DNA of 32,000 nucleotides from positions 870,001-902,000 of the forward strand of contig CP065004.1 in the NCBI GenBank assembly GCA_016700135.1, read 5' to 3'. Below the pieces are notes generated by a model. It worked only from the letters and a program-made list of their open reading frames with translations, was not told the DNA's origin and did no database searches. This document shows positions 7,544-15,165 of this stretch, piece by piece (positions within the stretch are counted from its first letter, which is position 1; each line of letters begins with the position of its first letter). Both the position numbers and the translations under genes were made by a program. Source of the DNA: Candidatus Saccharimonadota bacterium (GTDB lineage: Bacteria; Patescibacteriota; Microgenomatia; UBA1406; GWC2-37-13).

Positions 7544-9520
7544 TCAATTATTATCGCTTTGTTGTCTCCTCTTCTCAACTGCATTTGCGACAAACATTGC
7601 TGTTGCAAAAACAGACGGATTATAGGTTCGCTCAGCCTTACTTCGATCAAGATTTGTGATAATCCCTGCTTCGTCACGGCTACCCGCAACACGCTGAACA
7701 TTTCCTTCTAAAACGCTTTGATACATACCGATAATTTCTATTGGCCTATCTCGTTGAATTCTGACCCCTGTTTCTGGATCAATCCCAATCTCAATCAGTT
7801 TTCGCCATTCTTCAGCGCCTTCTGGGTTATTAGATACAATAATTACCGCATCTGCTCCTTCTAAAATCCTCGCATTTTCAGCAGTTAAGCGAGTGATTTT
7901 AACGATTTTACCATTTTCATCTTTTTTTATTTTTCCTCCACCAATGTCTCCAATAACAAAATCTGTATCTTCTTGCTGTGTTGCTTGCACAAGTTCTTGT
8001 TTTGCTTCCTCAGCAAGCTCGAGCGACCACGACCGTTTCATTGACTGCCTTCGTCCTGCCGCTTCCTCAAGTGCTCTTTTTGCCTCATCAAGTTTTTCCT
8101 GAGATAATTTTCCTTGAGCAAAAAGAGATTCTGCTTCTTTATACGCAACCTCAGCATCAAGGTACCAAGCCGGGGTAGGTGCAGCTTTATCTAAATCTAA
8201 ATGCGCAACGCGTACTCCTAAGTTTTTGAGTGCCTCCCGGAAAATAGTTGAATAGACAGATTTACCAGAGTTTGGATCACCACACATGACAACCGATTTT
8301 ACTTTTGAAAAATCTGGCATCTCACGTCCTGCAAATGCCTCAACGAGTTGAGCAACGATTCGTGCTGTTTCCTTATCGTTTACTGGTAAACGAACTGTTT
8401 TTGCATTTACTGCACCATACATTCTGTAGGTATCTATAAGCTCGGGCATTTGCTCAGAAATAATTTTCTCAACCGAGGGCAAATCTTCTCGTGTCCAATA
8501 GCGAATAACTGTTATTAAATCAGCAGGTTCTCTCCCCATTTTGACTGCATCTCCTGCCTCACGAAGTACACCAATTGCATACGGTGTTTTATCTGCACCA
8601 TTATTATCAATTGCCATTTCCATAAGTTTTAATACCGAAAACTTTTCTGTGAGGCCCTGCGTATCAACAAGTGCAATTTGGCCAAAACCACTAGCTGTTG
8701 GAATTTCAACACGAGCCATTTTTTCTGCCTCACCTCTAAAATATTCCCAATCCTCAGCTTTTAGTCGCTGCACTGCATCCTCAAGTCGCTTCTGTGCTCG
8801 ATTTTCCCACGCCTTCAATGCTTCCTGATATACTTGTGATTCCTGTTCAGTTGCGTTTTTCGGTAATGTAGGACGTGGATCATCTGAATCAGGACGGACC
8901 GCTGCATCGAGCCCTTTTGCAAGCACCATTTCCTCTTCAGTTATTGGAAGAGTAGCTGTATCTCTGTCGCAAATTGCGCCAATTCTAGCAATTTTTGATG
9001 GTTCATTTCCAAGTCTGCATTCATATGCTTGTGGTACAGATTTCACAACAACAGATGAAGCATCTGTTTGAAATGCTGTAGTGCTATGATGATCCAAGAA
9101 AAACACCGGATGCTCAAGTTCTGGCAAGTTTCTCCGTTTTCTTTCTTCGTTAATACGCTCTGCCAATTTAACAACTTCTTCTTCCGATTGGCTCAGATTT
9201 CTGAAATCAAGGGGAATATCGGTAACAATAACTCGATCAACTCCTTCTAGAGGCAATCCCGGCAGTGTTTTTGAGTAAAATGCACCAGGATGCGTAGCAC
9301 CCCTTCCATTTCTCACAACTGGTGAGCCAACATACGTTTCAACTTCAGCGCCTCTTTTTTCAAGATACTGAGCAGATGTTGCAACCATGCTGACTCCATG
9401 TGCATCGGGACCACCAACAACTAATACTTTTTGCCCTTCAAATGATTCTCTTTCTTCAGGAAGTGCAATAGCACCAGTCCGTTCAATTGGGGTAGGCTGA
9501 GGTGCAATTTGTTCCGTCAT
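7544..9520 (-). CDS. fusion protein: DHH-like phosphoesterase module + P-loop NTPase (Clp1/GPN-loop-like), 658 aa (operon gene A)
   Basis: The N-terminal part carries GGPDAHGVS, VIVTDIP and FFLDHHSTT, which resemble DHH-family motifs I-III. The C-terminal part carries Walker A MCGDPNSGKS followed by AHLDLD, and later DFVIGDIGGG (Walker B-like). A charged helical insert separates the Walker motifs. Confidence 0.7.
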   Translation of the reverse strand: MTEQIAPQPTPIERTGAIALPEERESFEGQKVLVVGGPDAHGVSMVATSAQYLEKRGAEVETYVGSPVVRNGRGATHPGAFYSKTLPGLPLEGVDRVIVTDIPLDFRNLSQSEEEVVKLAERINEERKRRNLPELEHPVFFLDHHSTTAFQTDASSVVVKSVPQAYECRLGNEPSKIARIGAICDRDTATLPITEEEMVLAKGLDAAVRPDSDDPRPTLPKNATEQESQVYQEALKAWENRAQKRLEDAVQRLKAEDWEYFRGEAEKMARVEIPTASGFGQIALVDTQGLTEKFSVLKLMEMAIDNNGADKTPYAIGVLREAGDAVKMGREPADLITVIRYWTREDLPSVEKIISEQMPELIDTYRMYGAVNAKTVRLPVNDKETARIVAQLVEAFAGREMPDFSKVKSVVMCGDPNSGKSVYSTIFREALKNLGVRVAHLDLDKAAPTPAWYLDAEVAYKEAESLFAQGKLSQEKLDEAKRALEEAAGRRQSMKRSWSLELAEEAKQELVQATQQEDTDFVIGDIGGGKIKKDENGKIVKITRLTAENARILEGADAVIIVSNNPEGAEEWRKLIEIGIDPETGVRIQRDRPIEIIGMYQSVLEGNVQRVAGSRDEAGIITNLDRSKAERTYNPSVFATAMFVANAVEKRRQQSDNN

Positions 9521-9539
9521 ATTTTTATCTTATAAAGAA

Positions 9540-9548
9540 AGTATAGCA
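9540..9548 (-). promoter_or_regulatory. candidate extended -10 promoter (TGcTATACT) for the four-gene operon
   Basis: The minus strand reads TGCTATACT, and 19 nt separate its end from the ATG at 9520. No Shine-Dalgarno sequence lies in between. Confidence 0.35.
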
Positions 9549-9627
9549 AATTTTACCCGACTGTTATTACCTCTTCTTCTTATAATTTTACACAGAGAGA
9601 CTACAACAAATCAACCATAGGTCGAGC

Positions 9628-9644
9628 ATATAAAGTCTTTATAT
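9628..9644. promoter_or_regulatory. 17-bp perfect palindrome ATATAAAGTCTTTATAT, candidate operator
   Basis: It lies in the 164-bp divergent region between operon gene A and the XRE gene. The half-site TATAAAG recurs at 9531-9537, between the candidate -10 and the ATG of gene A. Confidence 0.4.
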
Positions 9645-9684
9645 AGACAATTTTATCTCTGAATTTTGCGGAAAATTGCTCTAT

Positions 9685-9909
9685 ATGCCTTATTATTTTA
9701 CTGCAAAGCTTCGTAAAGAAATAGGTGACAATTTAAAAAGGACTAGGAAAAAGAAGGGACTCAAACAAGTTGAAGTAGCAGTTGATGCAGGAATAAATCC
9801 CAGCTATTACAGCAAAATTGAACGAGGGGAAGTAAATCCATCCTTGGAGAAATTATATCGAATCATAAAAGCGCTTAAAATAAACTCTTCTGAGGTTTTG
9901 CCTTTTTAA
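9685..9909 (+). CDS. XRE-family helix-turn-helix transcriptional regulator, 74 aa
   Basis: LKQVEVAVDAGINPSYYSKIERGEVNPSLEKLYRIIKAL is a typical HTH_3/Cro-C1 motif. The ATG at 9685 is preferred to the track's TTG at 9676. Confidence 0.85.
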   Translation: MPYYFTAKLRKEIGDNLKRTRKKKGLKQVEVAVDAGINPSYYSKIERGEVNPSLEKLYRIIKALKINSSEVLPF

Positions 9910-9927
9910 ATTCTCCTTAGTACTTAA

Positions 9928-11448
9928 TTAAAAAACCTTATCTAATGTGATTCTATCTTCATCGTCAAATATACTTAGTGGGTTGTATCGATCATAAATA
10001 CTAGGTCCCCCAATAATCATTATCCCTGGCTGAGGAGCATTATCCTCTTCCATGATTTTCAGTAAAAGCAGTGAGAAAGCATCAGCTAAATCATCGTGCT
10101 TTTCTATTCTAAATCCTGTGAGTTGCATGATCAAATCTTCTGCGCCCTGTCTAGGGAATAGTACTTTGCCTTGTTGAATGAGATGAGTAATAAGCGTTAG
10201 GCGTGATTGTTTATCCTGTCCTGATACCTTCACCCCTTCAGCTGGAATATTCATGACGTTTGATAGATGTTCTATAAGTGCCAACTGATACCCAACCTCT
10301 TCAATATACAGCTTAGATTGTAAACTGGTAGCAATCCCTGCAGCTGTTTCTACCGTTTGAGGAAATCCCATCCTTTTATTGATGGGATTCGGAAGAATAT
10401 AAACCTGCAGCTTTTCTCGGTAGCCATACACCTTTGCAGTGATCATCGCTGTGAAATCAGCTGATTCCCTCTGAGAAATTGCCAAATCAATTCCTGTTGC
10501 GTTAAAGCGAAATTTATTGCCCATTTCATCCGGAATAGTATCGTAATATTGGATCCAGTCAGGATGAACTAATCGATCTTCATCAGAAATAATTTTAAGT
10601 AAGAATTCTCGATACCAGGCAGTATCTGAGGCAATGGTTGCTTTATGTTTCTCAATAGCTTGCATGTCAGGAAATTTACCTGTCCAAGAAATAACATCGT
10701 TATCATCAATAAGAGGATAGGCGAAGAATTTACCATCAAGTTTCCCCAAACCCATCATATTCTTAAGTCGCATCAACAAACAGTCTTCATGCAGGAGATT
10801 ACCAATAATGATTTTCTTTGTATAGGTATCACCAATTGGCATAATCTCTCCACTGAACCACTGAAATACTTTATCTCTACCTTCTTTCGTTTTTACACTC
10901 TGTAAGTCTTCAACATCATCACAAATAATGACATCTGGTCGATATTTTCCATGCCGAATTCCTCGGATACTTTGCTCAGTCGAAGCAATCATAATTTTTG
11001 CATCATAATTAGAGAGCACGATCGAGGTCGAACCCCACTCATCGCTAAATTCTTGGAATGGTCCGATATCTGCCTTGAGTAGGTGGTTTGTTTCCAACTC
11101 TTTTTTAATGTTCGCTAGATGCTGTCGTGCCTGGTTATGTGTCTGTCCTAATATCAAAACGAACTTTTTCTGTTGAGAACCAATAATCGACCAGATGGGA
11201 TAGGACAAGCTCATGAGTGTTGACTTACCTGACCCTCGAAAGGCAACGATTGTTGCCAGACGCAAATCTTGATCTTCACTAATATGAAACATTTCATGAT
11301 GAAACGGAGCAAAGGGGTAATCGATGTACTCACTCAAATAAATAGTGAAGAACCAGAAATGGCTTTTCTTGGCAAGCATCTTCCGAATGGAGCGTTTCTT
11401 TTTAATCTGCTCAAGTTCTTGAGGTGATAAGGTTTGTGCTACATTCAA
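9928..11448 (-). CDS. phage terminase large subunit (TerL)
   Basis: Walker A is AFRGSGKST and Walker B is DVIICDDVED. The C-terminal RNaseH-like nuclease region carries acidic motifs (GIDLA, YIEEVGYQ, KHDDLADAF). The TTG start overlaps the upstream stop by 4 nt. Confidence 0.85.
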   Translation of the reverse strand: MNVAQTLSPQELEQIKKKRSIRKMLAKKSHFWFFTIYLSEYIDYPFAPFHHEMFHISEDQDLRLATIVAFRGSGKSTLMSLSYPIWSIIGSQQKKFVLILGQTHNQARQHLANIKKELETNHLLKADIGPFQEFSDEWGSTSIVLSNYDAKIMIASTEQSIRGIRHGKYRPDVIICDDVEDLQSVKTKEGRDKVFQWFSGEIMPIGDTYTKKIIIGNLLHEDCLLMRLKNMMGLGKLDGKFFAYPLIDDNDVISWTGKFPDMQAIEKHKATIASDTAWYREFLLKIISDEDRLVHPDWIQYYDTIPDEMGNKFRFNATGIDLAISQRESADFTAMITAKVYGYREKLQVYILPNPINKRMGFPQTVETAAGIATSLQSKLYIEEVGYQLALIEHLSNVMNIPAEGVKVSGQDKQSRLTLITHLIQQGKVLFPRQGAEDLIMQLTGFRIEKHDDLADAFSLLLLKIMEEDNAPQPGIMIIGGPSIYDRYNPLSIFDDEDRITLDKVF

Positions 11449-11903
11449 TGTATTTGCACCTCCGTTTCTGTTCCTTTGGGAGAATCCCTCTCTAGAGCAG
11501 TTGGAAGTAATTCAGCTAATTTAAGTGCTTTCATGACCAACGCTTCTTGCTCAGGAGTCAATTGTTCCTCATGTTTCAGGTGTCCTGTTATTTCAACCTT
11601 TGTTGCGTAGCGAGGATGGTGATGCTTGAGCCAGAAAATAATCGCCGTAAGGTTTTTATCTCGAATTGCAGCCATGAGCTGGGATTCTGCCATGTCATTC
11701 ACTAAATTATTTCCTTCTGCAATTGCCTCATCTGCAAGTTTGGCAAACTCCTCATTTTCTTTTCGCCAACGATAGTATGTTGCTCGACCAATTCCAACTT
11801 TTTCACAGGCAACTTGCACAATTGGTGTTTTCTTGAGTTGCTCAATGACTAGCTCTTGGTTTTTATCTATCCGTTTCTGAATTGTTGACTGATTATTTTC
11901 CAT
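11445..11903 (-). CDS. small-terminase-like HTH protein
   Basis: The HTH ACEKVGIGRATYYRWRKENEEF lies in a 152-aa protein encoded immediately upstream of TerL and overlapping it. This position and size are typical of TerS. Confidence 0.6.
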   Translation of the reverse strand: MENNQSTIQKRIDKNQELVIEQLKKTPIVQVACEKVGIGRATYYRWRKENEEFAKLADEAIAEGNNLVNDMAESQLMAAIRDKNLTAIIFWLKHHHPRYATKVEITGHLKHEEQLTPEQEALVMKALKLAELLPTALERDSPKGTETEVQIH

Positions 11904-12654
11904 CGCCTTTTATCCTTTCTGCCTTTTGATCACTGACTTTTTGAAAGCGATCAATAATTACTTGGCAGTATTCCGGATCGATCTCAACCATGAGGCATCT
12001 TCGTTTTGTTTGCTCACACGCAATTAATGTCGATCCAGAACCACCAAACGGATCATAGATGCAATCACCAATTTTTGAGCTGTTTAGAATTAGATTCCTC
12101 AGAAGTCCTACTGGTTTCGTGGTTGGATGAAGGGGACTTTTGTTAGGTTTTGGATAACACAAAATACTTTTGTCTTTCACTTTGTAAAACTCATGACTCC
12201 CATACCAACCATATGCAATCAACTCGTGTTGGGGAAGGTAATGCATTCGACCAACTACTGAATGGTTTTTAATCCAAATAAGAAGCTGGGTAAACTTAAT
12301 CTCCGCGTCTTTCATACCATCTCTTAAGGCAAACAGCATCTTGTCAGAATTGAAAATGTAAAACGAATTCTTACGAGAGAGATACGGTTTCACTACTTCA
12401 ATCCATTCTTTCGTAAATAGTCTGTATGCTTCTTCCGTCTGCGTATGATCATTGATTATCTTCTTGCTGTGCTTTTTTATCTTCGTCAAGTCAGTTTTTC
12501 CTTCAACATAGGCAACACCATATGGCGGATCTGTCAGCACCAATGATATTCGCTCATCTCGGATAAGTTTCTTCATTAAACTTGAAGCTTTTGCGTCACC
12601 GCATAGTAACCGGTGATCACCTAATTGATAGACGTCACCAATTGTTATTTGCAC
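11893..12654 (-). CDS. DNA methyltransferase (N6-adenine/N4-cytosine, beta class)
   Basis: Motif IV is TDPPYG and motif I is DPFGGSGST, in the order IV then I. The GTG start overlaps the upstream gene by 10 nt. Confidence 0.85.
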   Translation of the reverse strand: MQITIGDVYQLGDHRLLCGDAKASSLMKKLIRDERISLVLTDPPYGVAYVEGKTDLTKIKKHSKKIINDHTQTEEAYRLFTKEWIEVVKPYLSRKNSFYIFNSDKMLFALRDGMKDAEIKFTQLLIWIKNHSVVGRMHYLPQHELIAYGWYGSHEFYKVKDKSILCYPKPNKSPLHPTTKPVGLLRNLILNSSKIGDCIYDPFGGSGSTLIACEQTKRRCLMVEIDPEYCQVIIDRFQKVSDQKAERIKGDGK

Positions 12655-13946
12655 AGCTTTGCCTCCTTTCCGGTCAACTTTTCGTAGCGTTTAATAATTA
12701 GGTCGCAAAAAATGGGTTCAATTTCTAGTAGAAACGCACGACGTTTTAACTGTTCACAGGCAATAAGGGTAGAGCCGGAACCTCCGAACAGATCAAGCAC
12801 AATATCACCAGGTTTGGTACAACGTCGCAATGCTTTTTCATGGAGTGTTGGTGGTTTTTCTGTTGGGTGTTCGTAGTCTTGCGACGGCAATCGTTTTGCG
12901 AGCCAAATATTAAAAAGGTCTAGAGTGTCATCGGTAAGTCTATTCCCAGTACCCACTTCTTTATTAAGAACTTCATTTAAATTTCTAACTGAATCGGACA
13001 GATACGGATTACCTTTGATACCGTATACGCAAGGTTCATATACTTTATTAAATGCCGTTTGTGGAGTAACATTCTGATTATTTTTAATCCATAAACATAC
13101 TCGTTTTTTGGTAATGCCTAGTTCCTTATATATCTCCTGAACTAATCCAATGTAGTTTTCATCACACCAGTAAAAGATATGCGAATCAGAATGTACTACA
13201 GCAAGACCATTTTCAAGCGTTTTCTTCAAAAACGCTTTATATTCGTCCTCAGATTTTCGATCATTTATTTTGCCGCCATATTTCCCATTTGCTCCGATGC
13301 CGTTGTTATAATCAAGTGCAATGTTATACGGCGGATCGCAATAGAGCATCGATACTTTATCCTCTTTAAGTAGTTTTTTAACAATTTCTGGATCGGTAGC
13401 ATCTCCACAGCTGAGCCGATGCATGCCAAGTTCATAGATGTCTCCTAACTTACTTTTCGGTTCCTTAATCGTTTCCAGCTCTTTTTCAACATCAAACTCA
13501 TCATCCTCCACGCCTAAATTGTCATCCCAGATGTGGGAAAGGTCACTGTCATCAAAGCCAACATCTAACAATAACTCAACATCAAAGTCTTTCAGCAACT
13601 CAAAATCCCATTCTCCTGTATTGCGATTTAGACGAAGATTTAATTCTTTCTCTTTTTGGACGTTTGGGATACTCACATATACAACGGGTACCTGTGTTAT
13701 ACCTAAGCTTTTTGCGACTTCAAGACGAAAATGGCCTCCAATAACAATATTCTTTCGATTTGCTGTGCTGTTGACGATAATAGGATCAACTAATCCGAAG
13801 CGTTTAATACTCTCAGCGAGTTTTTTCGCTGCTGTCTCATCCCATTTGCGAGGGTTATATTCGGCAGGACGCAGTATATCTGCCGATACATACCGTATGG
13901 TTACTTGTCGGTTAGCAATTTTTATTTGCTGTGTTTGCTGTTGCAT
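12645..13946 (-). CDS. ParB-like nuclease domain fused to DNA methyltransferase
   Basis: The N-terminus is ParB/Srx-like (YNPRKWDE..FGLVDPIIVN..IGGHFRLEVAKSLG). It is followed by CDPPYN and FGGSGST methylase motifs, paralogous to the downstream methylase. An AAGGA Shine-Dalgarno sequence lies 7 nt upstream of the ATG. Confidence 0.85.
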   Translation of the reverse strand: MQQQTQQIKIANRQVTIRYVSADILRPAEYNPRKWDETAAKKLAESIKRFGLVDPIIVNSTANRKNIVIGGHFRLEVAKSLGITQVPVVYVSIPNVQKEKELNLRLNRNTGEWDFELLKDFDVELLLDVGFDDSDLSHIWDDNLGVEDDEFDVEKELETIKEPKSKLGDIYELGMHRLSCGDATDPEIVKKLLKEDKVSMLYCDPPYNIALDYNNGIGANGKYGGKINDRKSEDEYKAFLKKTLENGLAVVHSDSHIFYWCDENYIGLVQEIYKELGITKKRVCLWIKNNQNVTPQTAFNKVYEPCVYGIKGNPYLSDSVRNLNEVLNKEVGTGNRLTDDTLDLFNIWLAKRLPSQDYEHPTEKPPTLHEKALRRCTKPGDIVLDLFGGSGSTLIACEQLKRRAFLLEIEPIFCDLIIKRYEKLTGKEAKLCK

Positions 13947-14076
13947 AGGTTTTATCCTTCTATTTTCATTTTATGAATAAACAGTTAAAAACTTATACAT
14001 TTTTGAAAATGAGTAGTTTAAAAGTATTGTAGAAGAGTGAAAAAAGAAGCGATACGTTATGAATTATGCTTGATTC

Positions 14077-14832
14077 TTAACCAAAACGTTTTTTATATCG
14101 TTTAAGCGCATTAGACACATCAGTATAGATAAAGTCTGATTGATTAAACTCTTCCCGGATCTTTTCAGCAATTTTCTCGTACGGTCTTGTTCCGCTTTTC
14201 CATAATTCGAATACTCGCTTATCAAGTTTTAAATTCGGGATCGGCTGAGACTTGTCCTTATCTTTATCTTGCAATTGTTCTTGCTGCTTCATAACTTGTG
14301 GCCATATTGCTTTTACATCTTCTAAAGTAGTATTAGCATAAATAATGAGAGAAAGTTCGCGATGTCCGGTTTTTTTATCCCACTTGATATTCATCGAGAT
14401 ATTACTCGCAGGTACCCAGAAGTTCTCAATGTCGTTAAAAATAACATAATTCTTGAGAGAACTTCGCCATTGGGTAGAGAGTTTATATTTATGTATAAGT
14501 TGCCAGATGCAGTAATTGATGAAATTTCTTGGAGCTTTTTGATTAAACATTAACCGTTCTTGTTCATACTCAGCCATTTGTCCTTTTTCTTTTAGCTCTT
14601 GGAGCCTCTGTATCATAGAAGGGCTATTTTCACTAAAGTATTTCTGTGTCTCAAGCTCAAGATTTATCTCCCACATTGTGTATGCATTCTCATCAGTAAA
14701 TCCTCCTTCAGGAATTTTAAGTAACTTTCGCAATTCTGTAATATCTGCTTGAAAATCTTTGCGTAAGAGGAGTACTTCTAACTTCTGTTTATTACGCTCT
14801 CGACGTTTATCAAAATACGCACTTTTTGCCAT
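14077..14832 (-). CDS. hypothetical protein, 251 aa
   Basis: Uninterrupted ORF with an ATG start. No motif recognised. Confidence 0.7.
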   Translation of the reverse strand: MAKSAYFDKRRERNKQKLEVLLLRKDFQADITELRKLLKIPEGGFTDENAYTMWEINLELETQKYFSENSPSMIQRLQELKEKGQMAEYEQERLMFNQKAPRNFINYCIWQLIHKYKLSTQWRSSLKNYVIFNDIENFWVPASNISMNIKWDKKTGHRELSLIIYANTTLEDVKAIWPQVMKQQEQLQDKDKDKSQPIPNLKLDKRVFELWKSGTRPYEKIAEKIREEFNQSDFIYTDVSNALKRYKKRFG

Positions 14833-15165
14833 GCTGCTATTGTAGCAAGTTCATCTCGCTTTGCTACTAGTTTTTTGAGGTAATGAGTCGGATGATAAAT
14901 GGTATGATTCGTAGTGTGGGCAACTTATATCGATATGCTGTCTTGTAGTACCAATTAAGACATATCCTCTTCATTTCTTCACATTGCTGATCAAAAACAA
15001 AGTCATCTTCGACATCATTAATAAGATTCCCTGCTACTCGTTCTATTGCAATACTGAGCACTGCAAATTCATTTTCATAGTCAGGATCGAAAAAGTCTCG
15101 TGATCTGTTTCTTTTTGATTCTGCAAGAGCAATTAATTCTTCCTCGATAGCAAGGTAAAATCTAA

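Noticed and set aside
2102-9250. About a dozen plus-strand ORFs of 60-124 aa listed in the track across the helicase operon
   Set aside because: All lie antisense to long minus-strand genes that carry clear enzyme motifs. Their products are low-complexity (S/L/F/C-rich). They are shadow frames.
13438-13980. 180-aa plus-strand ORF
   Set aside because: It is antisense to the ParB-methylase gene, and its product is Ser-rich and low-complexity.
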